A stretch of 64,000 nt of DNA from a bacterium. GTDB taxonomy: Bacteria; Electryoneota; Electryoneia; Electryoneales; Electryoneaceae. Every line of letters starts with the position of its first letter. The stretch's first letter is position 1. The notes below the pieces were generated by a model. The model ran no database searches, was not told where the DNA came from, and saw only the letters and a list, made by a program, of their open reading frames with translations. Location: assembly GCA_963669175.1 (NCBI GenBank), contig OY769902.1, positions 4,576,001 to 4,640,000 on the forward strand. Reading direction: 5' to 3'. This document shows positions 1-7,622 of the stretch, piece after piece. Both the position numbers and the translations under genes were made by a program.

Positions 1-374
1 TCTGTGAAAATCCCATAGACTCTCTTTACAGCTTCATCCGGATCTGCCAGGGCATCAGCATGATCCGCACCCGCATCGAAGTCGACACAAAGCCAGGGGG
101 TAGTCTTGTCCGGAGCGGGAACGTAACTGCCGATCCGGAACCAGCCTTTTGTAACCTTGTGGCCACCATTCCTTGAGGTGAAGTGGACAGCCGCTTTAGA
201 ACCTTCATCGCCATGGATGTGGGCCGACAACAACTCATCCAAGTTGTCTGTCTGAATGGTCGGGTGCGGTTTGTCCCATGGTGCCAGAAAGGCGACACGA
301 TCCGTTCGAGCGAAGAAGTAGTCCAGTAACAGCTTTGGTTGAGGATTACCACTTTTTTGTATCGAATCAACCAA
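1..374 (-). CDS. Partial ORF running off the window; putative archaeo-eukaryotic primase (AEP)-like N-terminal domain
   Basis: Manual translation in a frame missing from the ORF track: TTG at 374 with GGGGA upstream, reading ...LLLDYFFARTDRVAFLAPW...FRIGSYVPAPDKTTPWLCVDFDAG..., open to position 1. The WLCVDFD (DxD) motif and the position after RecD2 fit an AEP primase. Confidence 0.6.
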   Translation of the reverse strand, partial: MVDSIQKSGNPQPKLLLDYFFARTDRVAFLAPWDKPHPTIQTDNLDELLSAHIHGDEGSKAAVHFTSRNGGHKVTKGWFRIGSYVPAPDKTTPWLCVDFDAGADHADALADPDEAVKRVYGIFT

Positions 375-520
375 CTTTTATCCCCGCAACTTTCAATTCC
401 ATCAACAACTCAATGATGGTATGCTGTGGTTTTTTGGGTATAACTTTCATACTTTTCGATGTATATGTTTCAGGTTTTTGACTTGTTGTTGGTAGCGTTA
501 AAATCGCTTGGAGTCTGAAC

Positions 521-1021
521 ATGCGCAGAATCCAAATTTTTACAACACTGACCTTTGCTTTGTTTGTGTTCGGTTGTGCGCAAACAGCATTGTTCACTCC
601 TGTATTTTCAAATTCTCATGTAGTATTGAGTAACCTGCCACAAAATTTGATAGCCGTTGATGTCAGAGATTTCCGGCCCAATTCCAATGATGATTTCGTA
701 TCAATTCTTAAAGAGCAGGTGACATCTGCACTTGGCGCAGCGTTTAACACCTCTGACGAGACTAAATACACAATCAAAATTGATATCATTGAACATAGAT
801 CTTACTTCACTTTAGGAAACTGGAATGCTTCAACAGCTTTGAATGTCAAGCTTTATAATGCAACAGATGAGATTATATATCAGTTTGAAATTCATGCAGA
901 TGCCCATAGATCAAATATGTTTGGTTATAAAACTGCCCGTGATGTTTCGCAAGATTCATACGATTCTGCGGTGTCACAATTGTTTTCACGTTTGAGCAGT
1001 GTATCCCTCGATTTAGAGTAG
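521..1021 (+). CDS. Putative lipoprotein (YajG-like), antisense to the island operon
   Basis: Signal peptide with lipobox (FVFG-C), GGAG RBS, AT-rich composition, 166 aa. Confidence 0.7.
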   Translation: MRRIQIFTTLTFALFVFGCAQTALFTPVFSNSHVVLSNLPQNLIAVDVRDFRPNSNDDFVSILKEQVTSALGAAFNTSDETKYTIKIDIIEHRSYFTLGNWNASTALNVKLYNATDEIIYQFEIHADAHRSNMFGYKTARDVSQDSYDSAVSQLFSRLSSVSLDLE

Positions 1022-3201
1022 TTATCCCTCAGTAAAAGCGACAGAAAAGTCCGGCGATTGTCAACCTGTCGTTTCTTTGCACAGTTCCGCACACCCCAGT
1101 GATCGCCGATGATGATCGCTGTCCTTCGAGCACGGGTCACTCCTGTATAGAAGAGATTCCGGTGATGCATGAAGGAATGCGCTTTGTGCATTACAACAAT
1201 CACACAGGGATATTCCGAACCCTGGGATTTGTGGATGCTCAGTGCATAGGCTAGTTGAAGATCACCCAGCGCGGGTGATCCCGATTCGATAGAAATCTTC
1301 CTACCCTCAAACTCAACTTTCAGCGAACCATCCGAACCAACCTCAAGGATGAATCCGACCGCACCATTCATGACATCGATGTCGTAGTTGTTGCGGGTCT
1401 GGATAACCTTGTCGTGTTTGAGGAACTTTGGTCTACGACCCGGCCTGACTGGCGGAACTGCGATCTTCCATCGCTTACGCTGGACAAGACGTTGAAGTAT
1501 CTCGTTCAGTGCTTTGGCGCCAAGTGGACCTTTATGGGTTGGTGTCAGAACCTGAACATCCCGCAGCAGGTCATACTCCAGTCGTTCTTCCAACACTTCT
1601 TCATATAGTGTTGTGAGGAAACCTTGCGCCTGAAGCACATCACCGAACTGATCGCTCAGAAACCAGCGACGTTTGCCATCGGACTCTGGTTCGCTGGTCT
1701 TGCGGACATCTCCGTGAAGAATGGCCGTGCTGTTTTCTTTCAACACACCAGCTTGCCTGACAACCTTGTCCAGGATGACCGTGGGGATGGAACGAGTTTG
1801 GATCAGATCGCGAAGTACATTACCTGGTCCGACAGGTGGAAGCTGGTTATGATCCCCAACCAGAAGAACAGATGTTTTCTTCAGATCGACCGCCTGGAAG
1901 AAATGCCATGCCAGCTCGACGTCGACCATGGACACTTCATCAACGATCAGCATGTCCGTGTCGATAGTATCGCTTGCATCACGTTCGAAGGTTTTCCCGT
2001 CATAACCGAGCATTCGATGGATGGTCTGAGCGGGACAGCCAACCACTTCTTCCAGTCGTTTGGCAGCTTTGCCAGTAGGTGCAGCCAGCATAACCTGCAG
2101 TTTTCGGGCTTCACAAATTCGCACGATTGAGGCAATTGTGAACGTCTTGCCGCTTCCCGCACCACCAGATAACAGACTGATCCGGTGCGCCAGGGTGTTC
2201 TGGACTGCATCGCTCTGATCCTGGTTCAGTGTCTGTGCATGCTTCTTGATCAATCCATGGACGTCATCAAACCGCTCTGCGTGAACAGAAGGAAGTGAAG
2301 CAGTCGTAAATATCCGGGAGAGATCTGATTCTTTCTGATAGATATCAGGAAGCGAAACAAGAAAACGGCCATCCTGTGAGATGCAGGCAAGCACCCTCTC
2401 CTCGATCAGAATATCCAGTGCCTGTTCGATTCGGTCCCGACTGTCCAGGGTGTCCATGATCAGAAGTTGATTTGCCTGGTGAACCAGATCTTCGTATTCG
2501 GTCCAGCAGTGCCCCTGATCAAGAGATTCGTAAACGCTATGAACAAGTCCAGCTCGGATGCGTTCTGGCCGGTCCTTTGATGTCCCGATTTTCCTGGCAA
2601 TGACATCGACCTTTTTGAATCCAAAACCACGGATTTCTCGAATCAGCAGGTAAGGGTCTGCCTTCAACATAGAAAGCGTATTGTTACCGAACTTCTTGAT
2701 AAGCGATGTGACCTGGTGGTGGGTTAGTCCGAAAGCCGACAGCCAGGCCATAACATGGTTTGTTTCACGAGTGCGCTTCCATACGGATGCCAGGTTGCGG
2801 ACAACTGAGGCAGAAATTTTGGCGACTTCAATGATCTTCTCCGGATGCTTCGTCAACACCTCTTCGAAGTTGCTGCTGAAGTTCTCCGCGATACTTTTTG
2901 CTTTTGCGGGACCGATTCCTTTGATGTCAGGATGTTTTGCGAGGAAATGGGCAAGCCCCTCCTGGTCGAGATCGAGGTCGTATTCCATGGCTTCGACAGC
3001 GAACTGCCGACCATACTTGGGATGCCTGATCCACTGGCCAAGAAATACAACTTGTTCCTCCTGCTGGACGAACACTTTTCCGGCGAATACAATCTCGGCC
3101 CCATCATTTGTAAGCAATCGTCCTACACTGAATGTGGGTGACGAAAAGAACACCGATTCGATGACGCCTTTTATGTCAATTGTGTTTTCAGCTGTCTGCA
3201 T
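925..3201 (-). CDS. recD2: ATP-dependent RecD2-like SF1B DNA helicase
   Basis: N-terminal HPKYGRQF and HhH (IKGIGP), Walker A GGAGSGKT, APTGKAA, DEVSM, GDHNQLPPVG, LAYALSIHKSQGSE, YTGVTRA. Confidence 0.93.
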   Translation of the reverse strand: MQTAENTIDIKGVIESVFFSSPTFSVGRLLTNDGAEIVFAGKVFVQQEEQVVFLGQWIRHPKYGRQFAVEAMEYDLDLDQEGLAHFLAKHPDIKGIGPAKAKSIAENFSSNFEEVLTKHPEKIIEVAKISASVVRNLASVWKRTRETNHVMAWLSAFGLTHHQVTSLIKKFGNNTLSMLKADPYLLIREIRGFGFKKVDVIARKIGTSKDRPERIRAGLVHSVYESLDQGHCWTEYEDLVHQANQLLIMDTLDSRDRIEQALDILIEERVLACISQDGRFLVSLPDIYQKESDLSRIFTTASLPSVHAERFDDVHGLIKKHAQTLNQDQSDAVQNTLAHRISLLSGGAGSGKTFTIASIVRICEARKLQVMLAAPTGKAAKRLEEVVGCPAQTIHRMLGYDGKTFERDASDTIDTDMLIVDEVSMVDVELAWHFFQAVDLKKTSVLLVGDHNQLPPVGPGNVLRDLIQTRSIPTVILDKVVRQAGVLKENSTAILHGDVRKTSEPESDGKRRWFLSDQFGDVLQAQGFLTTLYEEVLEERLEYDLLRDVQVLTPTHKGPLGAKALNEILQRLVQRKRWKIAVPPVRPGRRPKFLKHDKVIQTRNNYDIDVMNGAVGFILEVGSDGSLKVEFEGRKISIESGSPALGDLQLAYALSIHKSQGSEYPCVIVVMHKAHSFMHHRNLFYTGVTRARRTAIIIGDHWGVRNCAKKRQVDNRRTFLSLLLRDNYSKSRDTLLKRENNCDTAESYESCETSRAVL

Positions 3202-3649
3202 TTACTCGATCCATCCTGCGCTGAAAGCGTTTGAGGTAGTCTTCTACAAACCTGCATGCGATCTGCCTGTCTGCACAGAAAAACACTGGTATCCCGAAAT
3301 CGATGATGACTGAGATGACAGCCCCGAACACTGCATGGGGATGGGCGTCTGAGGAATAACGTCCCGATAGGATATCATCCAGCCCGGCTTCTACAACGAC
3401 ACAAACCGACTCCATCTGCTGAAGCTTTCGCAGTTCATTGTGAAATCTGCGCCGGTGACGGATGACGGTAGAAACGAAGTCATCCAGCGACTTTCGCTCT
3501 ACCGCCACCCGGTCTTCATGGCCCTCAATCGAATAATCTCCCGCTTCCAGTTTCCGCCTGATTGTTGTCATCCCGTCCACCGGGAACGTGTATGGATTCT
3601 GCTCACGAGTATCGATTATGACCTTCAGCTCAGAAGGCTTTGAGAGCAT
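3188..3649 (-). CDS. ERCC4/XPF-domain nuclease
   Basis: IIDTREQ ... GDYS ... VERKSLDD (ERKxxxD) signature; probable start ATG 3649 overlapping the upstream gene end. Confidence 0.88.
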   Translation of the reverse strand: MLSKPSELKVIIDTREQNPYTFPVDGMTTIRRKLEAGDYSIEGHEDRVAVERKSLDDFVSTVIRHRRRFHNELRKLQQMESVCVVVEAGLDDILSGRYSSDAHPHAVFGAVISVIIDFGIPVFFCADRQIACRFVEDYLKRFQRRMDRVNADS

Positions 3650-4112
3650 CCCGTGTTGCTTGTGATCCGGTATCGCTGGTGACGATTCGTTTGTTGATGT
3701 AAACGTTTTCATTCTCACCTTTCGTTCGCTTCGTCACCTCAAGTTTGACATCCAACAGTTTTTCAAGATTGGAGGGTAGGTCAGACAGTTTCTCGATCTC
3801 CAATCCACAGGTGAACAGATCTGTTTTCAGCCACTTGATGTTCTCTGCTGTGGCGATCACGTTATTTCGCCAGAGGAATTGACCGGCGAAGCGGGGGCCA
3901 ATAATCCGAAGTGTCCACTTGAGCATGGGATTGCCGGAGTTCTGCGTGCGGGTCAACTCCACCTTTTCAACACTGACCTGGTACTTCCCGTCCGGCACAT
4001 CTTCGAACTCACGCTCTTCGACCTCCGCCTGGGAGAAGTCATCGTCAAACTGTGCAAGATCGAATTCATCCGGTGCATCATGCTGGGCATGGTTTTGTGT
4101 ATTGTCCATCAT
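3630..4112 (-). CDS. DUF669-like protein (phage ssDNA-binding-like)
   Basis: Acidic N-terminus, VPDGKYQVSVEKVEL...SGNPMLKWTLRI pattern; immediately follows the AAA_24 ATPase. Confidence 0.75.
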   Translation of the reverse strand: MMDNTQNHAQHDAPDEFDLAQFDDDFSQAEVEEREFEDVPDGKYQVSVEKVELTRTQNSGNPMLKWTLRIIGPRFAGQFLWRNNVIATAENIKWLKTDLFTCGLEIEKLSDLPSNLEKLLDVKLEVTKRTKGENENVYINKRIVTSDTGSQATRDALKAF

Positions 4113-4120
4113 TCAATCCT

Positions 4121-4846
4121 TTAGCTCTTTGCTGAGTTGGCGGGTTTTGCTGGCGCAGAATCGAACACCTTCCTAAACGTGTTGAAATCGAGATCAATCA
4201 CCTCAGGAAGCCTGCCTGTTCTGTCACCAGCATCGTAAAAGGGGCTTGGTTTGGTCCGCATGACACGACGATAGACCGTCTTGCCATCACCGTTAGTCGT
4301 AGCTTCCAGATCGCAGAAAGCAATGATGTCGACCAGGCCGATTACAATCTTCCTTGCCTTATCCGGCAGGGTGGGAACCATCTTGATGTACTTGCCGGTT
4401 CGAGTCTCAATCTCCTTGTCCTGGGAATGAGACACGATGAACAGACCGTATGGCAGGAAGGCCAGTTTGTTCAGCACACGCTGGAACTCGTTGTTGATCA
4501 GCGCATACCCTTTACCGTAGCCGAGATCTGACTCGTGGTCGATCTTGTGCTTGGCGCAGACATACTCTGCACACAGCTTGTAGGCATTGTCCGCTGTATC
4601 GATGATGATCGTCTTGAAGGAGTGTTTTCCTTCAGCGATCTCGGCACATGCATTCAGAAAGTCGTCCCAGGTTTTGATCGGGATCTGGTACGTGTCGAGT
4701 GAGTTGAGCCCCGGCTCTGTGGCCAGGAAAAGCGCTTCTGGTGCATGGGAACACCAGGTCGTCTTCCCAATCTTGCTCGGACCGTAGATCAAAGCAGTTA
4801 GATCAGAAAGGGACTGTTTGGGTTTGGTTTTAGCTGTTGGCAGCAT
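4121..4846 (-). CDS. AAA_24 family P-loop ATPase (Sak4-like phage recombination protein)
   Basis: IYGPSKIGKTT Walker A, FLATEPG, TIIIDT, GYGKGY, DAGDRTG. Confidence 0.82.
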   Translation of the reverse strand: MLPTAKTKPKQSLSDLTALIYGPSKIGKTTWCSHAPEALFLATEPGLNSLDTYQIPIKTWDDFLNACAEIAEGKHSFKTIIIDTADNAYKLCAEYVCAKHKIDHESDLGYGKGYALINNEFQRVLNKLAFLPYGLFIVSHSQDKEIETRTGKYIKMVPTLPDKARKIVIGLVDIIAFCDLEATTNGDGKTVYRRVMRTKPSPFYDAGDRTGRLPEVIDLDFNTFRKVFDSAPAKPANSAKS

Positions 4847-4863
4847 CTAAATCTCCTGTATCG

Positions 4864-5883
4864 TTAGAACACTGTTTCGTTGGAATCACCCGAATCATCT
4901 CCTCCCAGCAATTCTTCGTTGGGAGGGACGATTTCGTAGAGGTTCTCAAGGATGTTTGGATTTTCACCACTGCTGCAGAGCGGGTAGTATGCGCAGGGAC
5001 GATTGAAATGGAAGCAGTAGGATGTGTTCCGGTAGAACGTGTTTCTGCGACGGGCATCGTTGAAGGCAAGCGTCAGCTCCCACAACTCCTGCTGCAACTC
5101 CACGAACCGGTCACGGGAAAGGAAGAGCATCTCACGATGGAACATACCCTGTTCAAAATATTTCGCTGCCAGGCGATCCTGAAACTCTTCATCTGTTTCA
5201 GGCATCTTTCGCTTGGCGCTGGATTTTCCAGTCTTTGACTTGGCAATCAGTTCCGCACGGCGAGCTTCAAACTCAGATTCTGTTTCACCCAGGGATTGCT
5301 GCAGACGAGCCTTGACGAGGATGTTATAAAGAACACCACTGATCTGGATACCAAGCGTCCGCTCGATATACCATGAATACAGAGTGATCTGGAAATCGGT
5401 CCACAACCGCTCGAGGTATGCACTGTCAATCTGACCGGCAGTCTTGTGTTCCAGAAGGAAGTATTCACCATCGATCAAGACAATTCCATCGACCTTTCCC
5501 GCTAAGACAAAACTGCGTGAAGTCCTTCCGGATTCAGGATTGACAATCTTGCCCTCGAACTGTTTTTCCAGCTCGATGACTTCAAAGTCCTCGCGTGGAT
5601 ACTGTCCCGCATAGCCTTTCATCATGGCTATTGCAAGATGCCAGTCCTTCTTCTGGTTAGGATCACGCAGCCGATCTGAATAGGCGAGGTCAATACGGTC
5701 AAGTACCTTCTGCAGATTCCGTGATCCGTGCCAGATCTCGAGGCACTCGTGGATCACCGAACCGAAGGCCAGATTGCCATCCTTGCGAATAGGTGATAAA
5801 TGGCGCAGATAGCGCAGTTCACATGCCTTCCGGCAATTACGGAATCTGCTCCACATTGAGTATGTCGTGACAAGTGGTTTCAC
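4864..5883 (-). CDS. PD-(D/E)XK nuclease, Cas4/AddB-like, with probable Fe-S ligands
   Basis: FGSVIHECLE, GKVDG...LLEHKT, QITLY; N-terminal Cys (RNCRK) plus C-terminal CFHFNRPCAYYPLC. Confidence 0.87.
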   Translation of the reverse strand: MKPLVTTYSMWSRFRNCRKACELRYLRHLSPIRKDGNLAFGSVIHECLEIWHGSRNLQKVLDRIDLAYSDRLRDPNQKKDWHLAIAMMKGYAGQYPREDFEVIELEKQFEGKIVNPESGRTSRSFVLAGKVDGIVLIDGEYFLLEHKTAGQIDSAYLERLWTDFQITLYSWYIERTLGIQISGVLYNILVKARLQQSLGETESEFEARRAELIAKSKTGKSSAKRKMPETDEEFQDRLAAKYFEQGMFHREMLFLSRDRFVELQQELWELTLAFNDARRRNTFYRNTSYCFHFNRPCAYYPLCSSGENPNILENLYEIVPPNEELLGGDDSGDSNETVF

Positions 5884-6194
5884 GCGGCTACTCCTGTTGC
5901 AGGGGTAGCCTTTGAAGCATCGAGGGAGATATTCACAATGCGTTCAATTTTGAACGATTTCTCGCCAAACAAACGGGCCATGAAACCGGTGAAGATTCGT
6001 GCGATGTGCTGACCGACCTCGTTGTCAGCATCAATCCAGCAGACATTATCTTTCCGTGTCGCTTGGAATCTTGCATCCATGTGAACTTGTGTACGTCCAT
6101 GGATACATTCTGCTGCCAATGTCGACAGCATCAGGGTGCTGTCGATCTCTTCGAAAGGCACAAATTCCTTAAAACTGAAAGTGTATCGGGTCAT
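5880..6194 (-). CDS. Hypothetical island protein
   Basis: 104-aa ORF with AAGGGA RBS, overlapping the start of the nuclease gene. Confidence 0.75.
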   Translation of the reverse strand: MTRYTFSFKEFVPFEEIDSTLMLSTLAAECIHGRTQVHMDARFQATRKDNVCWIDADNEVGQHIARIFTGFMARLFGEKSFKIERIVNISLDASKATPATGVAA

Positions 6195-6233
6195 ATCTGA
6201 TCCCTTCGTTTCTGGTTATCTTCTGCTATAGTG

Positions 6234-6857
6234 TTATACGTCGGATGAATCATTTCTGTAGAATGACCCGTCTCTATGACCACCTAACATCCTGTCGATA
6301 AAGTGATTACGAATATCCTTGAGTCTCTTGTAAACTGTGTCACGATGGATGCCGAGTTCCCTCGCCGTATCTGTGACTGTTCTTTCCATCAACAACCTGC
6401 AGGTATCCTGGAGATTCTCGGGAAGGGTATCAATGAAGTTTGCAATGTCAATCTGTAGGATCAGATGGTTTTCCATTGAAAGTGGGATTACTCCTGTCAG
6501 CAGCAGGAAGTCTTCATTGTCAGTGGTTTCCAGAATGGCGTCGTTGTTTATCGAATCGGGAGATATGGCATCATCAAGCGAGACTGTTTTCCTGATATCT
6601 CTCTTCAGGCTGTAATTGGCGCGAAGCATCATAATGAGACGTTGATTCAACACGTTGAACAGGTAAGTGTTCAGCTGAGACTTCTCTTGATTGAATAATC
6701 TGAGACGATCCAAAACATGCAGTGCGAGTTCCTGCTCGATGTCCTCCAGGTCTGTTGAACTGAATCCAGCATATGAAACCAGCTCCCTGGCTTTTGAATG
6801 AATCAGGTTAATTGTTGAGTCATCAAAGACTCCTTCGTACCTGTTTCTGGTACCCAT
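6234..6857 (-). CDS. Sigma-70 family (ECF-like) sigma factor / HTH regulator
   Basis: Region-2-like DLEDIEQELALHVL and region-4 HTH TVTDTARELGIHRDTVYKRL. Confidence 0.8.
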   Translation of the reverse strand: MGTRNRYEGVFDDSTINLIHSKARELVSYAGFSSTDLEDIEQELALHVLDRLRLFNQEKSQLNTYLFNVLNQRLIMMLRANYSLKRDIRKTVSLDDAISPDSINNDAILETTDNEDFLLLTGVIPLSMENHLILQIDIANFIDTLPENLQDTCRLLMERTVTDTARELGIHRDTVYKRLKDIRNHFIDRMLGGHRDGSFYRNDSSDV

Positions 6858-7033
6858 TGTCGGTTCTCCTCGGTTGAGGAGGCCGGGTGGGTGTCAAACA
6901 AACCGATGCGCAAAAAAAGACGGAGGTGTCGTGAGTACGCCGATTTGGCGACACCCACAACGACCTCCGTCTTGTACGGTCAGTACGTTGTCTGGTGCTA
7001 AAATGGAAACGCCCCCAATCCGGGGCTGCGTTT
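6858..7033 (-). promoter_or_regulatory. Structured leader/attenuator upstream of the sigma factor
   Basis: Stem 6917-6926/6964-6973 followed by a U-tract on the minus strand; RBS-sequestering hairpin 6866-6881; alternative complementary segments at 6887-6895, 6950-6961 and 6987-6997. Confidence 0.65.
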
Positions 7034-7345
7034 TTACTGCTTTTCTTCTATGATGTGCATCCGGACTGGCAATCCGTCCTGAATGCGAATGTCTGCTGCT
7101 GTTCCATCACGGATTTTGTGGAACTGGTCAAACATGGACTCGATCTGAGGTTTCAAAAGATAGTCCTCTCCCTTTTCGCTCGCTTGTGCCTGCTTGTTGA
7201 ATGCGAGATCACGTACGATTTTGGTGTTCGTCCCCATCACAGGAACACCCGAACAGACACAGACATTCTCAATGGTGCCGAACTGGATCTCCCGCATTTT
7301 CCGTACAAGATGCTGTCGTTCCGGCGAAAGATCAGAAAAGTGCAC
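7034..7345 (-). CDS. Hypothetical island protein (first gene of the replication/recombination operon)
   Basis: Track ORF 7034-7441; a strong AGGAGG RBS precedes GTG at 7345, giving ~103 aa. Confidence 0.7.
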   Translation of the reverse strand: MHFSDLSPERQHLVRKMREIQFGTIENVCVCSGVPVMGTNTKIVRDLAFNKQAQASEKGEDYLLKPQIESMFDQFHKIRDGTAADIRIQDGLPVRMHIIEEKQ

Positions 7346-7551
7346 TACACCTCCTTCCTGAACGATTGCTGATTCGGATTTGGCTCGACTCCGTTTGTTC
7401 TCCACCCCTTGAAACATGCTTGAACAAAAGAACACAGCCAATTCCTGATATAATCTCAGGTCGCAAAATATGCTGTGTCCTCTATCATTTTATAGACCCT
7501 GATTAGCATGGACAAGCTTTTGTGGACTCCCAGGGGCTAAATGAAATAACA

Positions 7552-7586
7552 ACGAGGTTATCCCTAACAAATCGGGATAACCTCGT
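7552..7586 (-). terminator. Rho-independent terminator-like hairpin after the 1966-aa cargo gene
   Basis: 13-bp perfect stem acgaggttatccc/gggataacctcgt. Confidence 0.65.
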
Positions 7587-7622
7587 GTGTGGTTGAAGGT
7601 TGGGGTTGTATCGGATTCAGCG

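Noticed and set aside
26-370. 114-aa track ORF on the minus strand
   Set aside because: Wrong frame; an overlapping frame (TTG 374, open to position 1) has an RBS and a primase-like motif.
4864-5883. Cas4 as evidence of a CRISPR-Cas system
   Set aside because: No cas1/cas2 and no repeat-spacer array seen; context is a phage-like recombination operon.
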